Assembly: GCA_964447495.1 (NCBI GenBank) | Contig: CAYUTF010000074.1 | Span: forward strand, 1-16,963 | Source: an uncultured archaeon | Lineage (GTDB): Archaea; Asgardarchaeota; Lokiarchaeia; Sigyniarchaeales; SOKP01 | Reading direction: 5' to 3' | Length of the DNA: 16,963 nt | In this document: in pieces, positions 1 to 8,278 of the stretch | Position numbering within the stretch: the stretch's first letter is position 1 | How the letters are laid out: each line of letters begins with the position of its first letter | Translations under genes and position numbers: made by a program | The notes under the pieces: model-generated | Told to the model about the DNA's origin: nothing | What the model saw: the letters and a program-made list of their open reading frames with translations, nothing else | The model's database searches: none

Positions 1-92
1 TTATCGGGCAGAAACTCTTCTACTACTCCTAAGTATTGTCCAGTAAGAACTATATCTTTATTTTTCACTGATTCTTTCATTGTATTCAACAT
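1..92 (-). CDS. csl4: Exosome complex RNA-binding protein Csl4, N-terminal fragment (runs off the window's left edge; alternative ATG at 80)
   Basis: Hand translation of the minus strand gives MLNTMKESVKNKDIVLTGQYLGVVEEFLPD. This matches the typical Csl4 N-terminus (V-x-PG-x-x-LG-x-x-EEF-x-PG). csl4 is commonly adjacent to the METTL5-like gene in archaea. Only 30 codons are visible. Confidence 0.75.
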   Translation of the reverse strand, partial: MLNTMKESVKNKDIVLTGQYLGVVEEFLPD

Positions 93-185
93 AAATCTTT
101 TAAATTCTCTATTTAATTAATATTAAATAAAATAAATAAATTTAATGATAATATTTCAAAAAAATTCGAATAGAGTGAAATTAAA

Positions 186-191
186 AGGCGA
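186..191 (+). promoter_or_regulatory. Possible Shine-Dalgarno-like site (AGGCGA) for the METTL5 gene
   Basis: One mismatch to AGGTGA. It sits about the same distance from ATT-197 as the AGGTG site does from the rfcS ATG. Confidence 0.4.
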
Positions 192-196
192 TATTA

Positions 197-838
197 ATTA
201 ATAAAAAAGATCTTGTTTCAATAATTCAAAACACAGACTCATTTTCACATCCTAAAATTGAGTTAGAACAATATTGCATAGATGCCGTTAGTACAGTTGA
301 TATAGTATATTTTGCAGGGTTTGAATTTAATGATATCGAAAATAGTATCCTTTTTGATTTAGGGACAGGCACGGGGAGGTTATCGATTGCAAGCGCATAT
401 TTTCGACCAAAATTTATCATTAGCGTAGATATTGACCCATTAGCATTGCAAATTTTAAAGAAGAACACCTTAAAGCTTGAACTTAACCATATTATAAATC
501 CTTTATGTGCAGACATTAGTTCATTTGAAATTTCGAAACCTGAATTTTTTATGCAATCACAAATAACGACTATAATGAATCCCCCCTTTGGGGTACAAAA
601 AAGAAAAGCCGACCGGCAATTTCTGGAACAAGCTTTTAAATTATCCAACGTAATCTATTCCATTCATTTAGCAAATAATAAAGTGCATAGGTTCATTTTA
701 GAATACGCGTCTAAATTTAACTGGGATGTGGATTATGCTTTACCTTTTAAAATGGTTTTAGAAAGAAGTTTTTATTTTCATACAAAAAAAATTAAAAAAA
801 TAGATGTGACTATTTATCGATTTATAAAAAAGGCTTAA
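197..838 (+). CDS. METTL5-family N6-adenine RNA methyltransferase (about 213 aa; the ORF-track 446..838 call is 5'-truncated)
   Basis: The frame is open from 185 (after TAA at 182-184). It reads INKKDLVSIIQNTDSFSHPKIELEQYCID...DLGTGTGRL...VDID...MNPPFG, which contains the PKxxLEQY motif, the SAM-binding motif I and the catalytic NPPF. The start at 197 (ATT) is inferred. Confidence 0.88.
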   Translation: MNKKDLVSIIQNTDSFSHPKIELEQYCIDAVSTVDIVYFAGFEFNDIENSILFDLGTGTGRLSIASAYFRPKFIISVDIDPLALQILKKNTLKLELNHIINPLCADISSFEISKPEFFMQSQITTIMNPPFGVQKRKADRQFLEQAFKLSNVIYSIHLANNKVHRFILEYASKFNWDVDYALPFKMVLERSFYFHTKKIKKIDVTIYRFIKKA

Positions 839-848
839 AAATTGAATT

Positions 849-855
849 AAAAAAA
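849..855 (-). terminator. Oligo-T tract immediately after the enolase stop; candidate archaeal terminator
   Basis: T7 on the minus strand, 3 nt downstream of the eno stop codon, in the short convergent gap. Confidence 0.4.
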
Positions 856-858
856 CCA

Positions 859-2166
859 TTATTGATAATCTTTCCAAGAATCGAAAGTAGTAGGATACTT
901 GGCTTTTTTTCCTAAATATTCTTCAATTCTAAGAAGTTGGTTATATTTTGAATTCCTATCACTTCTACATGGAGCTCCACTTTTAATCTGCCCTGTACAT
1001 AAGCCAACTGCTAAATCTGCGATGAAAGGGTCCTCTGTTTCACCGGAACGATGTGAAACCATTACATTGAATTCATTTTGAAACGACATTTTACACGCTT
1101 CGATTGCTTCTGTTAATGAACCAATCTGATTTACTTTTAATAATAATGCATTTCCTGCTTTTTGTTGTATCGCTTTTTTAAGAATTTCGATATTTGTTAC
1201 AGTAATATCATCATCGACTATTTGGACAGAAGAATTTACTTTACGGGTTAATTCACTAAAACTTTTAAAAGCAGTTTGATCAAATGGATCTTCAATAGAT
1301 TTAATATGAGGGTATTGATTAAGAAGTTCAAGATAATAATCTAATAATTCTTCATCCGTGAGTTTTTTATTGTCAATAAAATATAAGTTGTTTTGATAAA
1401 ATTCGCTAGCAGCCGCATCCATACCGATATTAAACTCTTTTCCAAGACTAAACCCGGCTTCTTCAATTGCTTTTCCTATAACATTGAGAGCTTCTCTTGT
1501 AGTGGAAAGATTTGGAGCAAAGCCCCCTTCATCTCCAACATTGATCGCGGTTTTTCCATACTGTTGCGATAATATCTTTTTTAAAGTTTGATACACCTCT
1601 ACAACATTTTTAATTGCTTCTGAAAAGTTAGCTGCTTTTACTGGAAGAATCATAAATTCTTGAACGTTAAGATCATTTCCTGCATGTTCTCCTCCATTGA
1701 TAATATTACAACATGGTAATGGCATTAAATAATATTCTCGAGTGGTATGATGTACGAGTTCATAAATATGCTCAAAAATGTGTTTATTCGATAATTCTGC
1801 TGCTAATTTAGCAACTCCAATCGAAACTGATAAAATTGCATTAGCACCTAAATTGCTTTTATTTCTTGTACCATCTAAGGATATCATTTCTTTATCTATT
1901 TTAATCTGATCTCTAACATCAAATCCTAGTAATTTCTTCCCTAATATGGTATTAACATTTGAAACAGCCTTAGTAACATGTTTACCAAGAAAATCATGTC
2001 CTCCATCTCGTAATTCAAGCGCTTCTAAAACCCCTTTAGATGCGCCTGAAGGAACTGCAGCACGAGCAAAATGATTTCCACTGAAAACATCCGTTTCGAC
2101 AGTAGGATTTCCTCTGGAATCCAATATCCAACGAGACCTTATCTTAGTTATTTTAAAATCAGTCAT
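859..2166 (-). CDS. eno: Enolase (phosphopyruvate hydratase)
   Basis: Motifs ILDSRGNPTVE, VPSGAS, NIINGGEHA, QEFMI, VGDEGGFAP, DAAASEFY, SIEDPF, LLKVNQIGSLTE, SHRSGETED, GQIKSGAPCRSDRNSKYNQLLRIEE; 435 aa. Confidence 0.99.
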   Translation of the reverse strand: MTDFKITKIRSRWILDSRGNPTVETDVFSGNHFARAAVPSGASKGVLEALELRDGGHDFLGKHVTKAVSNVNTILGKKLLGFDVRDQIKIDKEMISLDGTRNKSNLGANAILSVSIGVAKLAAELSNKHIFEHIYELVHHTTREYYLMPLPCCNIINGGEHAGNDLNVQEFMILPVKAANFSEAIKNVVEVYQTLKKILSQQYGKTAINVGDEGGFAPNLSTTREALNVIGKAIEEAGFSLGKEFNIGMDAAASEFYQNNLYFIDNKKLTDEELLDYYLELLNQYPHIKSIEDPFDQTAFKSFSELTRKVNSSVQIVDDDITVTNIEILKKAIQQKAGNALLLKVNQIGSLTEAIEACKMSFQNEFNVMVSHRSGETEDPFIADLAVGLCTGQIKSGAPCRSDRNSKYNQLLRIEEYLGKKAKYPTTFDSWKDYQ

Positions 2167-2272
2167 AAACTTCTTATCATAGTTTTTATTATGCTTTAAA
2201 TAATTAATTAAGAATTAAGAAATCTTTATTCTTAATGTTTTTTTAAATAAATTATTACAAATCATCCAATAA

Positions 2273-2277
2273 AGGTG
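2273..2277 (+). promoter_or_regulatory. Shine-Dalgarno-like site (AGGTG) for rfcS
   Basis: AGGTG lies 5 nt upstream of the ATG at 2283, in an otherwise very AT-rich spacer. Confidence 0.55.
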
Positions 2278-2282
2278 TAAAT

Positions 2283-3254
2283 ATGTCAACTGAAAACAGA
2301 CCATGGGTTGAAAAATATAGACCACGCGTTTTAGATGATCTTGTCAATCAAAAAGGGATCATTAAGCGTTTAAAACAATTTATTAAAAATAAATCGATGC
2401 CCCATCTTATTTTTGCTGGTCCTGCTGGTACTGGAAAGACCACTTCTGGCTTAGCTATGATCAGAGAATTATATGGAAGGAAAATGGCAATTAATTCTAC
2501 TTATTTAGAACTAAATGCCAGTGATGCCCGAGGAATTGATGTGATCCGCACCTATATTAAAGATTTTGCAAAAGCTAAACCTCCCGTTGATATACCATTT
2601 AAGATACTAGTTTTAGATGAAGCTGATAACATGACTTCCGCTGCTCAACAAGCTCTTAGAAGAACAATGGAAAAATATACAAAAAATTGTCGTATGATCC
2701 TAATTTGCAATTATTCTAATAAGATTATACCTCCAATTCAATCCAGGTGTGTAGTATTTCGATTTTCCTCATTAAATGACAAAGATATAAGTGAGAGAAT
2801 AAAATTCATTGCTCAACAAGAAAACTTAAGTATTACAATTGGTGGCATAAATGCATTAGTAAAAGTTTCAAGAGGAGATGCCAGGAGAGCAATTAATTAT
2901 CTGCAATCTTGTGGCACAGTATCCACAAAAATTAATGAGGACTTAGTTTTTAGGGTAGCAGGAGAGGTTCCCTCTGAAAAAATAAAAGAAATTCTAGTAA
3001 ATGCAATAGATGGTCAATTACAGTTATCGATTAAAATCCTTGATGATATTATCAATGAATACGGTCTCTCGGGAATAAATATCATAAAAAATATTCATAG
3101 AGAAATTTATGATTTAGAGACTTCAGAAGAAAATAAGATACACATTTCCAAATTGCTAGCAGAATATGAATATCGACTAAGTCAAGGCGCAACAGAGGAA
3201 ATCCAGTTGAAAGCTTTATTAGCTAATATTGTCATGCTGAAGGATCTTGAATAA
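2283..3254 (+). CDS. rfcS: Replication factor C small subunit (clamp loader), intein-free
   Basis: PWVEKYRP box, Walker A GPAGTGKT, ELNASDARG, Walker B LDEAD, SRC arginine finger, GDARRAIN; 323 aa. Confidence 0.98.
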   Translation: MSTENRPWVEKYRPRVLDDLVNQKGIIKRLKQFIKNKSMPHLIFAGPAGTGKTTSGLAMIRELYGRKMAINSTYLELNASDARGIDVIRTYIKDFAKAKPPVDIPFKILVLDEADNMTSAAQQALRRTMEKYTKNCRMILICNYSNKIIPPIQSRCVVFRFSSLNDKDISERIKFIAQQENLSITIGGINALVKVSRGDARRAINYLQSCGTVSTKINEDLVFRVAGEVPSEKIKEILVNAIDGQLQLSIKILDDIINEYGLSGINIIKNIHREIYDLETSEENKIHISKLLAEYEYRLSQGATEEIQLKALLANIVMLKDLE

Positions 3255-4061
3255 CATCTGTTTTATGTTAAATTTATAAAACTCATCTGAAAAAAATTGG
3301 TTCATTCTTTCACGAGATTTAAGATCAATTATAAATTGAACATTCTCATCATACATAATGTCCCATAATATTAAACATGTGGGATCTGCGGGTTGATATG
3401 ATGTATAACCATCAGAACTAAATAAACTCGTAAAAGATTCAAGATTTGATTCACGTTTTCCTACTTCTAAAAGTTTTGCCACCATTCTTCTTATCTGTTG
3501 CCTTAAAAATGCTTTACTTTTGAAATCAAATATTATAAACTGGTCCTCGACTTTTAAGGTTGCCAATAGGATGTCTCTAATTGTATTAATATCTTCCTTT
3601 TCCCTTTTAGAGAAATTGAGAAAGTCATGGCGACCTTCAAATATCTCACATGCTTTTGCCATTAATCTAAAATCATATACTTTAGATTCTTCATGTCCAA
3701 TCGGTAGAGGAAATATGTATTTGTAATGACGATATTGAGCATTAAATCTAGATAAAAAATCGTGATGTACTTTACAATATGCCCAAAGACCAATATCACG
3801 GGGTAAAGCCGAATTTATCTCCATTAAAATCGGAAATTTTTCAGAGATAAAAGAAAAACACGCCCCTCGAGCTGAAACAAATCTATCTGTTCTACTAGCA
3901 ACTTCAAATCCAGCGGATTTTAAATCCTTAATGTATTCTTTCTCAAGTAAACTAGCAATAATACGATCTTCAATTGTTTCAAATTCAAGTTGTCGTTGAG
4001 ATCCAAAATACTTCCCAGAACCAATATAATAAAATTTAATTAGATATCTTTGCCTTTCCAT
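3219..4061 (-). CDS. truA: tRNA pseudouridine(38-40) synthase TruA
   Basis: YIGSGKYFGSQRQ, catalytic ASRTDRFVSA, INSALPRDI, RHYKY, FEGRHDFLNFS, FLRQQIRRMV. Confidence 0.93.
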   Translation of the reverse strand: MERQRYLIKFYYIGSGKYFGSQRQLEFETIEDRIIASLLEKEYIKDLKSAGFEVASRTDRFVSARGACFSFISEKFPILMEINSALPRDIGLWAYCKVHHDFLSRFNAQYRHYKYIFPLPIGHEESKVYDFRLMAKACEIFEGRHDFLNFSKREKEDINTIRDILLATLKVEDQFIIFDFKSKAFLRQQIRRMVAKLLEVGKRESNLESFTSLFSSDGYTSYQPADPTCLILWDIMYDENVQFIIDLKSRERMNQFFSDEFYKFNIKQMLFKILQHDNIS

Positions 4062-4235
4062 GATTGTAATAAAATTTATTTTCTGATGGAATATTCAAAC
4101 ATCTTAAATTCATGTTATAATATCAAGACCAATAATTATTTTAAAAAATAATCTTTTAATGATAAGGAATTTTTTATAATCTAAATTTTAATTAAAAATT
4201 TAATTACGATTTATTAAAAAACTTTTGAATAAAAA

Positions 4236-7200
4236 ATGTCGAAAATCGGGTCTTCAATAAAGAATCTCAGAGATCGCACACGAGCTAGTGTAAATGTAAA
4301 ATCTAAGAATTTATTGTTCTTTTTTGCGCTATTTTTAGTTGTTTTCATTGCAATCTTGATTAGATTATCACCAATTATCGTTGAAAACTATTTAATCAAG
4401 GCATTCGATCCATGGATTCAATATTATAACGCTGAATATCTATCTACGCATTCTATTTTTGAATATTTTAATTGGCATGATTTTAAAAGTTGGTTTCCAG
4501 AAGGATATCAAAGAGCTAATCTACGGCCTGGCCTGACTTTTACAGTAGTTCTTATATATCAAGCAATTAACGCAATTGGAATACCTGTTTCCCTATATAA
4601 TATCTGTTATTATTTTCCTGCAATAATGGGAGGCGCAACAGTACTTGCTACTTATCTTGTTGGAAAAGAAGCACTCGATAGAAAGTGTGGATTGATTGCA
4701 GCATTTTTTATGGCATTTAATACGGGATTTATGCAAAGAACTACTGCTGGATTTTTTGATAATGAAACGATAGGAGTTTTCGCCACATTAATGACCTTAT
4801 ACTTCTTTTTAAGAACCATGCGAACAGGTAGAGTTCTTGATTCTGTGTTAGGTGGCTTTTTTCTAGGGTATTTAACATTAAGTTGGGGAGGATATTACTT
4901 TGTATTTTATCTTATACCAATTGTAGTTGGTATTTTGGTATTAATTAAAAAATACAATACTAATGTTTTAATCGCATACGGTGGAATTATAGGAACAGGA
5001 TTGTTAATTTTTGCATTTTATTATGGGTTTGATTACAATGACCTCTTCACTTCTCTAAATATTGGAGGAATTTTCATTTTTTCAATTATCTTATCAATTT
5101 ATCATATTATTTACTCAAAAAGAGAAAGTTTTCCACGATTCTATCAAGGTTTACTCAATTTTCTAAAATGGGTGTTAATCCCTGCAATTATCATTTTAGC
5201 AGTAATTATATGGATAGAGCCAAATATCATTCCCTTTGGTTTTGGAGGAAGAATCCAAAGCATACTTAGCCCTTTAATTCGTGATCAGATGCATCTTACC
5301 GCCTCCGTGGCAGAACATATGCCAAGTGCTTGGAGTGTATTTTATTATAACACCTTGATCCCACTAATTGTACTCCCTCTCGGACTATTCTTTTTGTTTC
5401 GAAGAGCTAATGCTGCGGATATATTACTAATTGTCTTTATGTTAACATTATTTTATTTTACAGGAAGTATGATTCGGATTATTTTATTATTTGCCCCCGC
5501 TGCTTGTTTAGTTGGAGCTTATGGGTTATCAAATATCCTAAAAATATTTGGCAGTTTTTTTGCCGAAAAAAGTCAAGGAGTAAGCAGAAAACGGAGAAGA
5601 CAATTAAAAAGAATGGTTGGCAAATCAGAAATCGCCATAGTATATTTCATTATAGGATTTATGTGTTTTGCTCAAGTAATGCATGCCTCGGAAATTGCGA
5701 CTGGAAGCTTGAGTACTAGTCAGATTGCGCCTGGTGGCGTGTATCATGATTGGGAAGAATCTTTAACATGGATGAAGACAAATCTTCCAGGTGATACTGT
5801 GGTAGTAAGTTGGTGGGACTATGGTTACTGGCTAACGCCTATTGGAAATATGACCACAGTAAACGATAATGGGACAATTAACTCCACGAGAATCGGCCTA
5901 ACAGGCATGGCATTGATGCAATCAAACGAGTTATATAGTGCAAAAATATTTAAGATCTTAAAAGCAGACTACGTATTGGTCTATTTCGGTTATTTATTTG
6001 AGCCATTGGGCGGTGACGAGGGAAAGTGGCCCTGGATGGTTCGAATCGCGAATGATCATTACACAAAATATAAAAGCTGGGGTTTAGAAGAAGATAATTG
6101 GGGTAGGAACTCGGTTTTTGACGAAACAAAATATTACAACGAAACTTCTGGACGAGCAGAACCCTTGTGGTTTGATAGTCAATTAGTTAAAATGATGTTT
6201 TGGGGTATAGATACTACTCCGTACACAGGAACCAACCCAGCAAATTTTCAGGAGTATTATCGAAAAGAAATTGGAACTAGAAAAACCGATGATGGTCAAA
6301 GTTGGAGTTATTATATCCCAGATCATGGGTATTATGATTCTGATGTGTTTATTCCTGCATTTTATTCTTCCTCCGGCTTAGTTAAAGTCTTCAAGGTTGA
6401 CTATACCGCATTAGATTCAAGCTTTGAAATAAAAAGTCCTGAAGTATTCGATTCGGGGTATGCCACATTTAAGTTAGAGAATACTGGCAAAAAGAATCTC
6501 ACGATATTAGATGTTAAAGTTAACAATGTAAGTCTCAACTATTATCTAGGCAAAGGAATAAATACAAATATCGTAGAAGCTGGAGATAATGATTATGTGT
6601 GGGCAGATATAAAATCAAGTGGAAGAGAGTATAAACCTAATGATGTTGTTAAAATAGAAGTTGAGGCTCAATCTGAAGCATCAGAAGGGGGAACTTATAC
6701 ATTTACTGAAAAAACAAGTAATTTCTTCGTGAAAAAAGCTAAAGAGGGAGAAATACAGATTAACAAGGAAAACAGTTATGTTCTGCAACTAGACGATACT
6801 AGAGCAGATGTATATCTTGAAGTAGAGAATATTGGTGATAGTACTGTAATTTTAAGCAACTATTATGCAGATAAATGGGTTAATGAATTACAAGTATCCA
6901 AATATTGGAGCGGTTCCCCAATTTTAGCTCCCGGAGAAAAAGCTTTTGTCCAAGTTTATAATTACACCATATCATTTGCGACATCAGGAGCAGTAGGAAA
7001 AGAACACAAAATAGGAGTAATTACCCCAAACGAAATTAAAGACGAAATTTTATTGACATCCCATTATGAGAATTATGACTTATCTATAATAGCTAGGAAT
7101 AGGATTATATCTCCCGAAGCAGTTGTAGCTAGAAATAGTAATTTCAGAAAACATATACCCGTTTCATTTGATGGAACCTATGCGTATACATATAATAACG

Positions 7201-8108
7201 GAACTACAAGAATTTATATTAAGCTTGAGAATACGGGAGAAAAACTTTTGGGATTAGACTCGATTTACTTATCTCAGACGGGTCCATGGGTTTCAGTGGA
7301 CACCATACCATCATTATTACTCTTCCCCGGTGATGTCAAATATGTCTCTATTGTAGCTCCAGATGATATTGACATTAATGATGAGATTGGAATTAAAGTA
7401 ACGGGAAATTTTGACGAGTCTACAAAAGCATCCGATATTGGATATACCCATACCATCAGTGAAGATCCAGACCTCCAAATCCTTAAAAATGTAGAAGGGG
7501 ATACCCTCTCTTACATTGCTGCTAATGAAACAGGACAGCTTTTAGTTAAAAACACTGGAAATGTACCATTATCCCTTGAAGAGATATATATAAACTCAAC
7601 TACCGTATTGGATATAGATAGCGATGTTGAATTCCTCTATGGTGATGCCACATTAGAAGTACAAGAATGTGCTTTAATATCCTTTGATGTAACTGATTTC
7701 AAGATTAACTTTACTAACCAAATTAACGTAAATGTCACAACAAATACTACTGCAATGGCGTATACAGAATTCTCAGCAAGTGTCGATTCCTACTATTACA
7801 ATATAGATATTGACGGTGTTGGTACTGATGCGCGAAACTCCCAAAATTTAAAAATAGAAATTGATAATATAGGAGCTTTAAATGTAACGGTAGATGCAAT
7901 ATATATCAATGGTACTTATATTCCTCTTGGACAATTCACTGAAACTATTTATGAGGTAGGCATTGGTGGTTCTGTAACATTCACAATAAGTATCACTCTT
8001 AAATTAGAAAACTTTATTGGTCCTGTTGATACTAACGATAAGCTGGAAATATTAGTTAGAACCATTGAAGGCGCTGAGGATACGCATATAGAAACGGTTA
8101 GGGATTAA
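4236..8108 (+). CDS. aglB: Oligosaccharyltransferase catalytic subunit STT3/AglB with a long C-terminal extracellular extension
   Basis: The multi-pass membrane N-terminal half has FDPW, GFFDNE, SWGGY and SVAEH. The soluble domain has SWWDYGY, DNGTINST and GDEGKWPWMVRIA (DK motif). About 560 extra beta-rich residues follow. Confidence 0.96.
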   Translation: MSKIGSSIKNLRDRTRASVNVKSKNLLFFFALFLVVFIAILIRLSPIIVENYLIKAFDPWIQYYNAEYLSTHSIFEYFNWHDFKSWFPEGYQRANLRPGLTFTVVLIYQAINAIGIPVSLYNICYYFPAIMGGATVLATYLVGKEALDRKCGLIAAFFMAFNTGFMQRTTAGFFDNETIGVFATLMTLYFFLRTMRTGRVLDSVLGGFFLGYLTLSWGGYYFVFYLIPIVVGILVLIKKYNTNVLIAYGGIIGTGLLIFAFYYGFDYNDLFTSLNIGGIFIFSIILSIYHIIYSKRESFPRFYQGLLNFLKWVLIPAIIILAVIIWIEPNIIPFGFGGRIQSILSPLIRDQMHLTASVAEHMPSAWSVFYYNTLIPLIVLPLGLFFLFRRANAADILLIVFMLTLFYFTGSMIRIILLFAPAACLVGAYGLSNILKIFGSFFAEKSQGVSRKRRRQLKRMVGKSEIAIVYFIIGFMCFAQVMHASEIATGSLSTSQIAPGGVYHDWEESLTWMKTNLPGDTVVVSWWDYGYWLTPIGNMTTVNDNGTINSTRIGLTGMALMQSNELYSAKIFKILKADYVLVYFGYLFEPLGGDEGKWPWMVRIANDHYTKYKSWGLEEDNWGRNSVFDETKYYNETSGRAEPLWFDSQLVKMMFWGIDTTPYTGTNPANFQEYYRKEIGTRKTDDGQSWSYYIPDHGYYDSDVFIPAFYSSSGLVKVFKVDYTALDSSFEIKSPEVFDSGYATFKLENTGKKNLTILDVKVNNVSLNYYLGKGINTNIVEAGDNDYVWADIKSSGREYKPNDVVKIEVEAQSEASEGGTYTFTEKTSNFFVKKAKEGEIQINKENSYVLQLDDTRADVYLEVENIGDSTVILSNYYADKWVNELQVSKYWSGSPILAPGEKAFVQVYNYTISFATSGAVGKEHKIGVITPNEIKDEILLTSHYENYDLSIIARNRIISPEAVVARNSNFRKHIPVSFDGTYAYTYNNGTTRIYIKLENTGEKLLGLDSIYLSQTGPWVSVDTIPSLLLFPGDVKYVSIVAPDDIDINDEIGIKVTGNFDESTKASDIGYTHTISEDPDLQILKNVEGDTLSYIAANETGQLLVKNTGNVPLSLEEIYINSTTVLDIDSDVEFLYGDATLEVQECALISFDVTDFKINFTNQINVNVTTNTTAMAYTEFSASVDSYYYNIDIDGVGTDARNSQNLKIEIDNIGALNVTVDAIYINGTYIPLGQFTETIYEVGIGGSVTFTISITLKLENFIGPVDTNDKLEILVRTIEGAEDTHIETVRD

Positions 8109-8132
8109 TCTTTTCTCTTTTTCCTAATTTTA
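8109..8132 (+). terminator. Pyrimidine/T-rich tract after aglB; candidate terminator
   Basis: TCTTTTCTCTTTTTCCTAATTTT directly follows the stop codon. Confidence 0.45.
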
Positions 8133-8278
8133 TTAAACCTTTTTAATAGATTTTTAATCTTTCTCAAATTCAAATTTTTGTCGTAAAAGTCATAAGTTAT
8201 CATTCATTAGAATATCTTAACACTTATCGCATATAAATTAATTCTAGTAGATCTTAATTTGAGTAAAATATATTATCA

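Noticed and set aside
226-648. 140-aa minus-strand ORF
   Set aside because: Antisense shadow of the METTL5-family gene, with no recognisable motifs.
2207-2236. ATTAAGAA direct and inverted repeats in the eno/rfcS divergent spacer
   Set aside because: 8-bp AT-rich arms are expected by chance at this composition, so they cannot be supported as an operator.
2283-3254. Intein in the RFC small subunit (a common archaeal insertion site)
   Set aside because: The 323-aa protein has continuous motifs with no insertion.
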